A stretch of 64,000 bases of DNA from Botryllus schlosseri (taxonomy: Eukaryota), in assembly GCA_051294905.1 (NCBI GenBank), contig CM119372.1, positions 3,598,001 through 3,662,000 of the forward strand. The letters run 5' to 3'. The notes below the pieces were generated by a model. It was not told the DNA's origin, made no database searches, and was given only the letters and a program-made list of their open reading frames with translations. Within the stretch, counting starts at the first letter, position 1. Every line of letters begins with the position of its first letter. A program made the translations under genes and the position numbers. This document shows, in pieces, positions 1 through 14,400 of this stretch.

Positions 1-350
1 ATCCCGCCGGCCATCCGACAGTCGACGAGCATGTCCACATTCAAGTCGAAATACAAGCAATTACTACTAAATAAATACAGTCCATCCTCAAGATTACCGG
101 ACCACGACTGACCTATCGATCTCACTTCCCATGACATGCCGCCCTATTTCTTGTCGCATTCTTCTTCTATACTATCTTCTTTACTTTCATTCAGTGTGCA
201 TGCCTCCTCTTTACATCGCCTAGGCCAAGGTGGGTGTCAGATTCCATAGACTACTCCTTGTCGCTTCGACATCTTCCTGTCTTTTCATTGTATCGCATTT
301 TTGTGGTGTATTGAACTGATAAAATTGCTAATAAACCAATGATGATGATC
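1..350 (+). mobile_element. 3' end of a CR1/L2-type LINE (ORF2 C-terminus, 3' UTR, ATG-repeat tail)
   Basis: Encodes ..IPPAIRQSTSMSTFKSKYKQLLLN, ends in AATAAA + (ATG)n. The same sequence recurs at 7125-7260 (+), 3290-3500 (-) and 31915-32830 (-), the last linked to RT C-terminal motifs. Confidence 0.75.
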
Positions 351-1045
351 ATCATCAACAATAGAAAGCTTACCACGATAGCGCCAATATGCTTGGACCT
401 GAAACGGCAACTGATCCGATCCACGTGAGAATCCTGAGACGATGTATTCCTTCAGCTTACTGAGCGTATCATCGCATATAGGGTAGCTTTTCGCACATCC
501 TCCCATGAAATGACTTTAATGGCGTTCAGAGATGCCCTTGTAGCTCCAATAATAGACGTCTCTACTTGGTTGTTTTCATCGTGACCTGCCGCCACACAAT
601 CGACTGGGTCCAGGGAGGACCAGTGAGTCGTGTCCAGTGATGTGGGGTGCCTCGAGAACGCATCCGATGCCGGTATGGATTTACCTGGAACATGAAAAAT
701 ACGAAAGCGCCAGGACATTGTACGCTGCTTCAGGCGGAATATTCTAGTGTTTGTAATATCGTCCAACGATTTGTCCCCGAAGATTTTGATCAGCAGTTTG
801 TGATCGGTAGCGATACCAAGGTCATCACAGCCAAGGGTAAATAACTTGGTATTCTCCAGTGACCATGCCACAGCAAGGGCTTCATCTTCAATCGGAGCGT
901 ATCGTCTTTCTGAATCACGTAAGAATCGGGAGCCTGCCAGAGTAATTTTCCAGCCATTGGGACAGCAATCAGGCGTCGTAGATTCGCACTCGCAGTATTT
1001 TTGACGCAGCCATTACCCAATGCCCGTTTTCGACCAGTCAGGATT
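351..1045 (-). mobile_element. Ty3/Gypsy pol fragment (RNase H region), degenerate
   Basis: Motifs GSRFL..SE.RYA.IE.EALAVAWSLE, TDHKLLIKIF, RIFRLKQRTMSWRFRIFHVPGK...SDAFSRHP across frameshifted ORFs 452-871 and 790-1020. Confidence 0.9.
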
Positions 1046-1067
1046 CAAACAAGTTTTCCGCTTCGGG

Positions 1068-3290
1068 TCAAAAATGCGCACCCCATTTTGGATTGGCCTT
1101 TTTGAAGTTTATAACGTCTGTTATATCAAATGTGCGCTTCATTCGTAAATATGCTTCTCTTTTCCTACGAACCATTCTCTCACATTCGGGACTCCACCAA
1201 GGGACAGATTTCTTGTCCGTATTCTTTGTCTTTGGTATTGATCGATTCGCTGCTGTCGTTATGCATTTTGTTAGAATAGTATTTGCAGACTCAACATCTC
1301 GTTGATCGGACAAATCGATCATTTCATCTGCAATGTGGAAGAACTTCTTCCAATTGGCTTTCTTGAGAGACCACGATGGTGGTCGATAAAAAGAAGTTAT
1401 CGCCGAGTTTGTCATATACTTCGTGAATACTAGGAAATGATCACTTATTCCTAGCAGCGACGAAGATATTTCAGTTTGGCATCTAGCGGCTATATCTTGA
1501 GTAGAGAGTGTTAAATCTAGTAACGACCAACGATTGACAGCATTGCTCGCGAGATTGATATGTGTTGGAGTTCAACATGACTAGTTCAACATGACTAAGT
1601 TTGCGTGATCGAGGACATTAAAAAGTTTAGTCCCTCGTTGGTTCGTTTGGTAACTCCACGACCAATAATGATGTGCATTGAAGTCGCCAAAGACGATGGA
1701 TTTTGGTGGTAACGTCTCGAAAACGCTCGCATCACTGTCGCGTAAGCGGCAGTCGGGTGGGATGTACAGTGTACACATTGTACCATGATAGACCTTGAGG
1801 CTTCACACAAAGTACTTCGATGTCGGTTGTAGCAACTGCTTCGATGCTGGAGTTATGTGAAGATTTATTAAATATCGCCAATGCATCAGAATGAAGGGAT
1901 TTGTCCTTTCTGTGACAGTGATATCCTGGAAATTTCGGAGAGTATTTTTCGATAAGGTGTGTTTGCTGGAGAATTATCGCATCTGGAGCACGTTCCAGAG
2001 TCGAGAGAAAGTGTTTTAGTTCGTGATGCTTCCTATATAATCCTCTACAATTCCACTGTAAAAAATTTAGTCCTGTATTATACTCGTTTACGGAATTTGT
2101 CATCGGATTGGCGTTGTTGATATCATGAAAAGGTTCGAAAATGTTTCTCATCGTGACAACATCTGCCTGTCGACCGAGATATTTCAAAGAAACTTTAGAT
2201 ACTATTTTGTATACGTCGCACTCCGTGTCAGAGTCGCAGGCCGCCAATGTAAGCTTCACTATTTCAGCCAGTAGTGCTATAAGCGGAATCTTCCTGATGG
2301 TAGCTCGGTGACTTGGGTTGTTGATTGTTGATCGTTGGTGATTGTTGATCGTTGCTGATTGTTGATACGCGTTGCGCTAGCCTGTGCCACTTCACTGCAA
2401 AGACGCGCAGCTTGAATTTCGGATGTTTCGGAATTTAGTATTGATTTAGCATCGGAGTGAGTAACCTTGGAACGTTCTTTTATGATTTGTAATTTCGCCT
2501 GTTCTTTGTACACCGGGCACCCGCCATAAGCAGCACTGTGCGATTGCTTACAATTAATGCAACATAACTCTTTGGTACATTCATCAACCTCGTGATCACG
2601 ACCCCCACATTTCGAACAGCAATGTTTCCCACGCCAGTTCTGTTTTGTGTGGCCATATCTATTGCATCCAAAACATCTGACCGGTGGCGGGTTATAAGGT
2701 TTGGTACAAAATCGAGAGACTGCTCTCGTATTTCCCATCTACTTTGCGCTTCAGCCGTCTAACGAAATTGACGCCAATTTCAAAAAACTCTTTCAAGATA
2801 TCTAATGTTATATCCAGCGGAACACCGGATATCACTGCTCGTGCTCCGTAAGGTTTGGCACCAAATAATGAGATTTTGACTTTAACCAGGTTGGAGTCTT
2901 TTCCTATTTGGTCTATAGTGAGAAGTTTATCAGCCTGTTCTTTGGTTTTACAAGTTACAACTAGATCTCCAGAAGGCAATCTACGTATTTTTTCCATAAT
3001 TGCCAATGTTTATCTTACGTGCCTCACATACCTTTGTAGGATGTTGGTGTCCCATGCGTGTTCCATCAGACCCGGATAGCAGCACGTCAAGTTGCTGATC
3101 TGTTGCTTTTTGGCTATTAGATTCCCGCTCTTTCCCAAAAACATTATCCCTCAGCGCAAATTTATCGACAGGTATTTTTCCTCTTACTTCGCACCACTCC
3201 CCATATCCTCGCATTCTTCCTCAGAAGAAGTTAAGGTAGTTGAAGACTTCCTTTTTGCGGAGGAACTTGTCTCCATTTCCATATCTGATT
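1068..3290 (-). mobile_element. I-clade-like LINE 5' part: ORF1 with three zinc knuckles and ORF2 AP endonuclease, frameshifted
   Basis: ORF1: AVISGVPLDI, CFGCNRYGH..CSKCGGRDH..CINCKQSH. ORF2: FLQWNCRGL, LYIPP, GDFNAHH, W..KKANW, SVPWWSPEC. Confidence 0.9.
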
Positions 3291-3830
3291 GATTCAGTAG
3301 AAATTGCTTGTATTCCGATTTGAATGTGGACATGGACTGGACATCCTTGGCGACTGTCGGAAAGCCTGCGAGATGCTGTTCCACACTACAGGTCCGGCCT
3401 ATTCGATAGAGCGATGCGTTTTCTTGTATTCCGTCCGGATTATATGGTAGTTGTTTTTCGAAGACGCGCAATCGCGCATGTGTTTTAGTTGTGCGCTTTT
3501 GATTCCGAGTCGTTAACATTTGAGGGACTGTGACCGCAATGGAACTGATTCCAGCTTCTTTGTTTAGAACACCAAATCTTTTGAGTAGCGATTTATCACT
3601 GGTCCATGAACTGAGCATTGCGGAACACCACGGGTAATAAGGGTGGACTGAGGACAAGGTGTTGGATAAGGAAACCATTTGTTGTCGTCCAGACAGATAG
3701 CTTTTCATGAGCTCTAGTTGCGGACCCCGCGTCAATTTCGAGAGTTGAATACTGCGATACATAAACTTGTAAATTTCTAGTTTCCCCATCTTCTAGGTGT
3801 AGGACACCGAATCTTTTGAACAGTGATATG
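3290..3830 (-). mobile_element. Rearranged CR1/L2-type LINE RT fragments
   Basis: LELMKSYLSGRQQMV and SMSTFKSEYKQFLLN; matches the family at 1-350. Confidence 0.7.
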
Positions 3831-5535
3831 TTGGTCGAGCAACCGGGCCCCCTGGCAATGATATACGGAGGGCCTGCGGTTGTAGTTTTTGCAGTGACTT
3901 GGGTGCCCTGACTAGGCTGACATTTAAAACAAACGGTGTTGAAAAAAAACTTCTTTAAAACATGTTTTAAGCAGTGTTTTAAACAGATGCCTTTGAAAAA
4001 AAAAATTTTTCAGACGTTGTCTATTTATGTCATAATTGTGGTAAATAGTTTCGAAAAAACGTGTAGTATGAGCCTACGGGCGATTTGCACCCAATATTGT
4101 CAACGTTGTGGGGTGGCTGAAACCCTCAAAATCGTCATTGGTTCAACAATTATAGCATTTAGATATAGATCAATGGTACTAAATGCGTGTTCTGATGGAT
4201 GATTGGAACCCTCGAAATAGTCGGTTCAACAGCTATAGTATACGTAGATATAGATCATTGGTACGTAGTGAATGTTCTGATGATGAAGACCGCCGACCGT
4301 AAAAATGCAGCATAACGATGTAGTCCTGGTCAAATATAGTTTTTGGTACATTTAAGACAGGGATCTGAAGATATGTTTTAAACATGTTCGTTTTAAATTG
4401 ATTTTTGTTTCAAATTCAACCCACTACCGGGTTCTGCCATCACATTGATTAGCTCGCATCGCGACAATTGTTTGCTGATTATGACGGCGTTTGGCCTGAC
4501 TTCCTGCATTTCCCTATTAACGTTCGCAAAGTCTTGTTAAGTAACTCTTATGCACGGGAATGACTTGCAATTCACAGGCACACACAATAACACACCGTCC
4601 AATTTTAGGTTCTATTTGAAAAAAAAACACGAAAATTGCTGACGAATTATTTTGAACACGGGAATGCGACGCTTATGGGTGCAAATACAGTTTAATTTAG
4701 AGAGGAAGGGCGTGTATTTGCTCGTCTAATCGAGATCGACAGAGGAGATTGTGTTCATGTGTCTGTGATTGTGTGCATGCACCCAGTACGTTAACATTCA
4801 ACGTGTTATAAATACATTGAGATTAACTGTTATTATTACAATTTTATTTACTTCCACCAGCGATTTTAGAAAGGAGTACCACAAAATTTCATAAAATCTC
4901 AAAGGGTACGAGCACTAGAAAGGTTTTATCTTATAATCGTTCGAAATACATTCATCATATGCTATATAACAGGGGTCGGCATACCTCCTTCATGAGCGAG
5001 CTTCATATTGAAAATCTTAGTTCTAAAAAAGCCACAACACACAACTTCAAAATACGGATTTATTACGTCACAATGAAATGTAGGCTGTCGAATGAAGTTT
5101 AATTGCGTAGTGATCCGGTGCGTCTCCACCTGAGCTGCATAGAAAGGATGGTGTGAACGTGAGGTTCACGTTCGCGTTCTGTAGGCTTAAATTAGGTAAC
5201 CTAACAATTTTATAAAGTAGCCAGTACGATTTGAGAAAAAAAATCATTTTTGAAGAGCCCTACTGTGCATACCCTAACAAAATAACGGTTCGGCGCGACA
5301 GCCCCCATGCGGAACGGTATTTACGGAGCCGGAGCAGCGGTATCAATGAGCTCCGGAGCTTGGAGCCGGAGCCAATTCATCATAGCAGAGAGCGCCGGAG
5401 CTAGAGCAGTTTAAAATTTGTGCCAGCTCCAAAGCCCTGGTTCTAACCCTGTTGTTCACCTTCCCCTAAATGTTACAAGTGTTACATAAACCATAAGAAA
5501 GAAACAAGACGAAAACAATACGCATATAGTGTTAA

Positions 5536-8020
5536 AGGTCAACTGCATCTTATAGACAACTTCGCCTAATCATGTTCAGAATTTTTTTTCATACCGAAAT
5601 TGCCGACTTTCCGTATTTCAAACTAATCGGAAATTGCCGTAATTTGGACTGAAAGTCCCAATATTGGTATGTTTACAGAAAAAGCGAAATGTCCATTGTG
5701 ACGTCATGTGGTTGACATCTCTTCTGGCCGCTGCGGATGTATGCTATAGGGCTGGTGCTTTTGCAGTAGCAGGGCGATTACATTAGTTAGTTATAGCGGA
5801 GGTTTCGCTTGTAATGGATTCACCAAGTGAGTCCAAGTACTCAGATGACGAATGTAAGTATGCTTTTTGCCCTTGCTTACGAAAGTAATGTTTAAACTGG
5901 ACACGTATCAAGTGTTGATGAGCTCAATCCCGTATCAGTGGAACTCCTTGCTGCTCCGAAAACGAGGGGTCGTTTGAGTATGATTATTTATTGATGAATA
6001 ACCCAAGGAGGTTAGTAATATATAGTATGATCAGCCTAGCTTGTTCAGCTTGAGCCGCTTGTCCATACCAAATGAAATACAACGGTATGTGTAATTTGGT
6101 GGAGTACCTCATTTCAGTTATTAATCTTGGTATTATCAATTACAGGATAGAGGATGGAGGTTATTGCCAACTTATGCAAACTATTAGCGGGAGAGCAACT
6201 AACGAATTATTAGTGCATAACAGCATTACCATGATTTCAATCAGTAGCTCAATCAGTATTGGAGATGTCTCACCATAGATATCAACAGGAATATTGTCAT
6301 ATAATTATACCATCTAGTTCGATGCATGAGCGAATGAGTCTCATTCACATGAAACGCTGCGTTGGGAGCCAAGTAATTACCCGTCAGTAACACAACAATT
6401 ATGCTTTTCAGGAAGCTGGGAAAACCTGTGTACGGAAATTTTGTTTGCTGGCCATTGGGATTCTGCAACACAAACCAACGAGAAATCCTGTCTGTGCATC
6501 CGATCAAAATTCACATCTAGTATTTTCAAAGGATTTCAATTTAGTAATGCTTCGCGAAGGAATAATTGTATTGAGAATAATAAATGCAACATAACCAATC
6601 CATCAACAGTACTACTGTGTCAGGGAGAGAAATATAGAGTTTTGTTTCCAACAATAGCTTCTTTTGTCCAGCAATGGCTTCAATTAATTTTCACGATGCC
6701 GCTAGTTGAATGAGGAAACCATCGCAATAGACTTGGTCGACTCCGCCGTATCTGGTCTTGCTTGAATGCATGCGTCAACTTCTTCATTGCAGGAATCTAG
6801 AGCAGGTGTAAAAACATTGCAGAGTTTTATAACAAAGTGGAATCATAGGCAGTATACCAAATCCTGTTCCGAAGTATCATAAAAATGAAGGATTGCCAAC
6901 TGCATCCTATCTAACTTTTAGTCTGTTATGGTGATAGTGATACGTTTCCATCTTCTACTGAGCTGTCAATATCTTGAGAGGTTTAGTCACTGATATCTGA
7001 CAGTCCTCATTCAGTAACTTAAGTAACTAATATGATTATTTGAGGTACAGCTGTTCAAATATTTCCGTAATATGATTATATGACTACACATGTACACAAA
7101 CAGAAGTTTATTTGCAAAAGTAATAGGCCAAGGTTGATGCCAGATTCCATAGACTACTCCTTGTCGCTTCGACATCTTCCTGTCTTTTCATTGTATCGCA
7201 TTTTTTGTGGTGAATTGAACTGATAAAATTGCTAATAAACCAATGATGATGATGAAGATGATTGCACATGCACATGAGTGTAAACAATAACTACTTTGAT
7301 GACTACCGTACCACAGTCAATACTATACTATAAACGGTTAGTTACACTCTTACAATACTAGCTAACACATTACATTTTCACTTACCGATTTTGTACACTT
7401 TGTATAGCTTTAGAAGTGCGTTCCTTTGCCATTACCACAATTTCACTGACTGCGTGAAAAGGAAGTATGAACGGCACTACTGCAGTACGTCGGCACTACG
7501 TGTGAGAGTTTCCGTGGTCAGCAGTCAACTTTATTACGCGTTGCGTATCTCGGATACGTCATTGAAAATGTCTCTGCCTTTGGTTGTCTATAAGTCCGCA
7601 CTTTTGGTCTTAGCGGCGTCCGGTCGCCTGACGGTATATGGACGGATTTTGGCAGCGATGTAAAGACATTGTAGACACGGCATATTGCGTATTGGAGCAA
7701 CCATACGCGACATAACATCTGACTCTATGAATCATCTCCTTCACAGCCTTCATGATCTCACTCAATGACCCAAATCCACAGCTAATCTAAGCAATGAATC
7801 CCACCTAACAGCCAACAGGAATAACAAGGATTTTTGTTGTGTCAACTACTTGACGTCATTTCACGGCTGGATGATTTCGGGTCCGTTTTTCGGAATTTCG
7901 ATTTGTAATTCAAATTACTTGAAAACTATCACGTAATTTTCATTTTCATTATTTTTTTCTTATTCCTAACCACATAATCTACGAAATAAGGCAAAGTCAT
8001 TTTTAAGATGCAGTTGACCT
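5536..8020. mobile_element. Kolobok-like DNA transposon, decayed
   Basis: TIR AGGTCAACTGCATCTTA at both ends, flanked by TTAA (5532-5535, 8021-8024). THAP-like start CYVAYGCSNTQ...SLHR on the minus strand near 7655-7725. Confidence 0.7.
7125..7260 (+). mobile_element. 5'-truncated LINE 3' tail inserted in the Kolobok-like element
   Basis: Near-identical to 222-350, ending in (ATG)n. Confidence 0.8.
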
Positions 8021-8997
8021 TTAATATGTGATAGAATGGATCAGTTTATAATGAGGTTAAACTATTCAAGCAAAATGGCGAAACGCATGTGCAATTGTGC
8101 AATCATTAAAGAGCCACAATAAAAGGCTCAAAGAGCCGCAGTTTGGCCACCCCTGCTATATACCGTTAAAGGTGACATCGAGCAAAATAGCAAGTGTTAA
8201 GACAGCGAGTGTCATAATAGTACGGTTACCATATTTTGAGATCCGGCGAAGAGGACACTTTTTAAAAATCACAAAATTTATATATAGTCGGACGAGAAAA
8301 CGGGTAATTATAAAATCTTTACAGGAAATATTGTTGTGTTGACTAAAATAAGAACATTTTCCCACCTCGACTCCCGATAGCTGCTGTCAAAGCTATAAAG
8401 GAGAACGAATTGCGAAAAGAGGACATTTGGGCGTCCTCGGAGGACATTTTCGATTTCCTGAAAACAAATCCTATTTTTAATGTATGAGAATAAAAATATT
8501 ATTCCATTGATACAACGCATCAAAGGTATTTTGGAATCTCGAGCATACCTATTCCATGTGCTTTGTGACGATGCGACTGGTCGATCACTATTAGCTCAGT
8601 GCTACATGTTTTAGATACTGAGATACGACTGATCAAGAGGTTTTGAAGGTTACACGGTAGGTATTGACAATGTGAACTGGAATTCTCGTTGATAATATTC
8701 CTATACTGGAATTTATTGTGATATTCAACGCTATAGTAGATGTTATAAATTGTATCAATAAGACTAAGCACCAGTGTTGACGTATAGCCTACCATTTAAA
8801 GAAGATTCAATGATAATTTTGTATTTTTTATATCATACCTATTACATTGCACTTTGTAACAACGATGTGTGATGATCACGATTTCACAGATGTGTTATTT
8901 CTAGCAAGGTAGCTTTGTATGCTGCGATACCCATCAATCAAGGTTTTTAGAAACTATCATTCTCGTCGATAAATCAACTCGTAGCGACATGGAGCGT

Positions 8998-10291
8998 AGG
9001 GTTAATATATTTTGGGATCCGGAAAGGAGGACACTTTTTACAAACCCAAAAGTTAGATTACTGGGCTAGAAAACCGGTGATTTGAAATATTTTACGTGAA
9101 ATCGTCTTATGTTGATTAAAAAGAGGTCAATTTTCCAAGTTCGACTCCTGAACGACTCACTCAGACGACCAGATCGCAGATTTCGCGTCATTTATGGCGT
9201 TTTTTAATTGTGCCTGTCCAGTGGCCTGGCTGTCAAAGCTATAAAGACGGACGAATCGCCAAAAAAGATGGCATTTAGGGAGGGCCAAAACAGCGCTTCG
9301 TCGGCCCACCCCCATTCCCCCAAAAAATGTTGGACTTGGGCCCCATAGGGTGATAAACAAAACTTTTTAGGGCTTCCCCAGACCCTCGTCACATTATACG
9401 TTTTGACCGCTACTTGTCAGCGAGGTTTGTTGTACTGTTTAGTGAGTCCGTTAATGTCGCCTAATAGCGAAAGGCGCTCTAATTCATGATTAAATCGGTA
9501 AATTTTATAGGGAATTGCATGTATATTGCTATCAATTTTTTCATCCTCTCTCTGCTCACGTAATCAGATTTACCGGAAGAGATTAGTGAGGTGCTGCCTC
9601 GGAAAATGTAGGGCCCGTAAATAATAATTAAACATATTCGGGGGGACCCGTTGGTATAATGACTTCGTTACATGATGTTATTCCGTGATCTCATATGTCT
9701 GCTTTGTCAAAAGATATTGAAATCGATATTGAAACCTAAACTGAAAGACGCATACGATTTGAAATTGGTATTTCTTCACTGGCAACTTTTTTGCGGGATG
9801 GCATTCGTCTTGTGGGGTTCAGATTGTTGTATGTTGTATACAAATCGAGGTCTTCGGTCAGCATAAAGAGCAGTCCTTTTCGGCCAAGGTTCCCTCGCTG
9901 CCGATCGTTCTGGCGCACTTCTCGGAGTCGCATGTTACATGACCTGAAACTTCATACGTCTTGGTGGGTCGTGCGCGGTAATGGCCGAAGCCGAAATGCC
10001 CATTCATCGTGCGTATTTTTTTCTTGGGGAGGGGTACCCAATAATCAAGATATTTGGCAACATTAAAACGCGCAAGGCGTGAAAATGTTTTGAAGAAGAT
10101 GCATAAATTTTCAAAACAAAATACTCAATAATTTATGGTAACTCACGAAATATTTTTGGGCCCTTTTCGAGCTTGTCCCCTCCCCCACATAGGGGCTTTA
10201 GGGTGCGGTGGGTACGATCCAGCATTTAGGCTTCTTCGTCCCCTGAAAAATAAGGACAAATCCTCCTAAAGAATGACATGTGGTAACCTAC
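8998..10291. mobile_element. MITE of the TAGGGTTACCA-terminus family
   Basis: Left end tagggttaatatattttg..ggaggacact and right end ggacaaatcctc..tggtaaccta resemble the TSD-bounded copy at 51923-52329. Partial copies near 8220 and 22410-22456. Confidence 0.5.
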
Positions 10292-11449
10292 ATAATAGGA
10301 TGCAGTTAAAGATATGTCAACGTACGATCACAATAAAGGCAACCCGATCCGTCGTATCCAAGTAACCAATTCTCGGAATTTCCAGTCGACCAATGGCCAC
10401 ATTAAAAATTACAATAGGCGACTGTATTGTTCCTTCCTCTGTTTTGTGTTATTCATTGCGATTATAGGTGGTAAAAGTATATGTGGCTCAGTTTGTTGGC
10501 TGATGATGATGATTGATATGCTATACAACGTATATTGCCCAACCGGGATGGGTGTCAATTAGATTGGGGCTGAGAAAAGAAAGCCATCATGAAGATATAT
10601 CAACGAAAGTCTAGGATATTTAAGTCATTCATATGATTACATTTGAACCGTATGTTCGTCTCTATTCTTAAAACTGTGATTTGCCTTGGAAATAGACACT
10701 GTTATTTGGATATTTAGAACTTGAAAATGCGTTCAAAACTTATGTGTTTAAAACAAGTCTCGAAAGTTACACTATAACTGTATAACTGTAACTAAATTTA
10801 GAACAGAAGGTGTTTAAAATGCTTTGTTTAAAACTTTTTTAAACACGGTTATAAATAAATTCCATTTACAGAAAAAAAGCTAAATTGTGTAATTTCAGTC
10901 ATAATTATCTAAAACAGTGGTTCCCAACGTGGGCGATATTAGCTGCGTAAAGGTGTAATTTCGAGGTCGAGCCGAAAAGTCGACCTTTATAGTCAACTCG
11001 CTGGTGATTACAGTTTGTATGCCCATTTTTCGGTTTCCAATATTTGGGGGTTCATGATCGGTGTGAAGCTTGATGAATCGAACAAGGATGGGAGTCACTG
11101 GCTAAATAATTTCGAAACAACATGTAGGTTAAATCTCGAACGCATCTTATATATGTGTATATATATATATATGGTGTTTTGACATCAGTGGTTATATGAC
11201 ACCAGGTCGATCTTTTATGATTTCTGAACTCCTGACAAAGAGCACGGCCCACCTTTGTTCTTGGCGTTTTTGTGAAGTCCCGTGCACACTGGCTTTGCGT
11301 CACGAAGAAATCAGCTGGTAATCCCCCCCCCCCCCCGATCATGTCGATCTGGTATTATTATTAGAAATTCCGACTGTCACTTCCAACATTTCAAAATTTC
11401 ACCAACATTCCAAAAAGTCTCCTTCACTTGACCAACCATGATCGATTTC

Positions 11450-14400
11450 ATTTCGAAATAAATTACAGCAAATATTGACAGTTTCAATCCCGTTAGGCTT
11501 ACATACTGAGAGTATTGTCAATGTCACCGAAAACAACAGCACTTATAGGCATCTCAGTGAGCAAATCTCAGTTTTACGCGCGTTTGGTATCATGATGAAT
11601 TGTGATGTTACATCACTATTTACGTAATTTAAATTCGACGTTGTTCTGAGATTTTCGCTACAGTGAGAAGGTGGAACGCTACAATGTTCTTTTTGTCAGA
11701 TTTCACGGATTCAACATCATTTCTGAATTCTTGGTTTCTTTCAGCGCCAGTGCAATTAAGTAGAACCTATAAACATTTTCTTCTGCTTGATCACATTGCT
11801 GTGGAGCAAGGAAAATGAAAACATTATTGTTACTAGTACCATTCTTATGAAGCAAAGTTACAACAATGAATTGAAATTCGAAATAGGAGGAGTATTATAT
11901 TGTTGATGTGATGTAAGAAGGAAAGGAAGTAATACAAGAGATAGCGAATACATTGTACTGAAACGAACAGTGTCACACATTACGCGTACGTACAGTTAGG
12001 AAATCTCAGAGGGGGTCGATGAAGTTGCTGTTTATGTAGACGGAGAAGTAACGCTGTAAATTTCTTCTGAATTTCAAGTAGATGTAGCGAATACAAGACA
12101 TGTCACAGCTATAGGCCTACTTCAAGTGGAGGTAGAAAATGAAAGATAAGAGGAGAATTCAAGTAATCAGCTTCAAAAGATTGATGGTAGATTTGGTCGG
12201 GGGTGGCATACTTCAATACGTCAATCGCAGGTGACATAGAAATGATACAGACTTATCCCAAAACTGCTTTCTACTTTCTAATCCCAAAATGTATAAAGTA
12301 TGTATTTTTGCGTATGAAACAGTACTTTTGTACGTAGTGCAGGTATGCGGAAGCTACCTGAGTGCTCCGAAAAAGTAGTTCCTTACTGACCAGCTTGTGA
12401 ACTCGCATTTCACACCAGATTTCTTCACTTCAAAACTGTTGTATGAAATGATTTAATACTGAACATAAACAGTGACACGACCACATTGCGTATGGCGTGG
12501 TTATCGGGTCAGCTGTTGTCCTGCGTACATGAGGATCATGAATCATGATAGCACTGTATGTCGATAACAAGTTCATAAAAGGAAGACTGCATATGTAGTT
12601 GAAATCTAATATTTTAATAGTGAGAGGACAGGTGATACGTTTTTTCAGGGACATGGTGTTCGATTCAATAAGTCATTAATGTTGAAGAGAGCGACAACGA
12701 CTACGATTACTAGCAAGTTGCAACATTTCCTGATCATCTCATTCTCATCATTCTTCATCATTCTCTTGAACATTCGGAAAGGGCACATGTTTATCATATC
12801 ATAAGTTGTAATCTCGTTATAATCACGCGTGTTCGATCGTTGGACATTTCGACAATTCCTCACTGTGTGTACCGTTTTGGTAACGTTATATCTCCGTATC
12901 GATATGGGAAATAGGCCTACTTTCGAAGTCAGTTTCTCCCAATTTAGTAAGAAAACATGTGATACCTCCGTCACCTTATTACAAAGAAGATGTCAGTAAC
13001 ATCGAATATCCCAGCTTATTGAGATATAACTTCCGTTCAAGATCTTGTTGACTTTCGAACATTCGGTTTACAGCTCGGTTCAGACCCGTATACAGGGAGA
13101 TTGAAGGGGGAAGATTGAAAGACCGTCATTAGTCTATTAGACATCCTCTGATCTATATCAATACATCGCATTTTGTCTTTGTGTCGTGGTATTGTACATT
13201 GGGAGTCATAAGCAGATGAAAATAATAGAATCGACTATTATGATTATGGTTATACTCCATAATCCATTTTATGTGGAACAAGTGTGTCCGATTGATCTTG
13301 TTTCACAGAAAAACTTCAGTATAGTGTAGACACACATATGCATAATGTGCTAGAGGTATCGTAAATCTGACTATTTCTTACTTGCCGTCAGTATTTTGAC
13401 AAGTCTTCTCTGAATATGAGAATTCTGGACATACGTATAATCGCTGTCAATCCAACTATGCATCTCTCACACATCTTACCCGTGGAAGGAACAAGAAGAC
13501 GGACTGGATACTGTAAGATTTATAAAGTGTTAAGCAGCTGAGTGAATTATAATCGAATATTGTAAATACTATTAATTCCTAATATTTCAATTCTATCATA
13601 GGTATACGTCACAATAAGTCGACTGTAATTCGCTGATAATTTTTGTAACAAAGTCAACACATTGAAATTTTCTGGAGTCTAAACATGTAAAAACGACTGA
13701 CGATCATAGGGAATGTGATATATAATAAAATAAATTCGAATTTATTCGATTCACAAAAATTTGAACATCATCGATTCTACGTTAATAACGCATAGAAGCA
13801 CAACGGATAAACCGCGACTATTCTGATGCAGCTTATCGCAAAACCCTGCCTTTTCGATCATGATACGTATAAAAATCGATGTTGTATCGGGTAGGTTTGC
13901 CACGGTATTTTTGAATAGTTATTTGAAGATCGGCCACTATGTAAAGTGTAGTATTATACGCAAGTAAAATTATGTCACGTCTATTATATGGTGCTGAAAC
14001 CAGGTAATATATCGCCGTTGATACTTCTCGACAGGTTCGGCAAGGAAAGGGAACGTTTTTCACAAATCATTAGAACTGGAAAGATCCGGGACCGACACCA
14101 TATACACGATACCAACGAGTGAGAAGACCCATGATAACTACCAAAGAATCATTTGGGAGGTATGAAAACACTTCCTTAACTTAGACTAGTGTACTACTCC
14201 ATATATCAGACTACGTGCATTTCCGACCAAATTCGTGGCCAAGTATAGCTACTGCTACATGGAGGATATTAGCCATTGGTAATGATTAACTTAGCAAAGT
14301 TAATTTTGCTTCACATTTATCTCAATTTAAATTATTCGCCCGGATTCTAAGAGCAGTGCTGATGCAGATAATATTACAATGAATCGATTTTTAGTGGCTA

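Larger units (their letters stand above)
4970..8155. mobile_element. hAT-type non-autonomous element with nested insertions
   Basis: Termini CAGGGGTCGGCA / TGGCCACCCCTG; 8-bp flanks ctatataa (4962-4969) and ctatatac (8156-8163). Confidence 0.7.

Noticed and set aside
3184..3789. 201-aa ORF as a gene
   Set aside because: Chimera of rearranged CR1/L2 fragments and the start of the I-clade ORF1.
11590..11630. DVTSLFT as a Penelope RT motif
   Set aside because: Isolated seven-residue match followed by a stop, with no flanking RT motifs.
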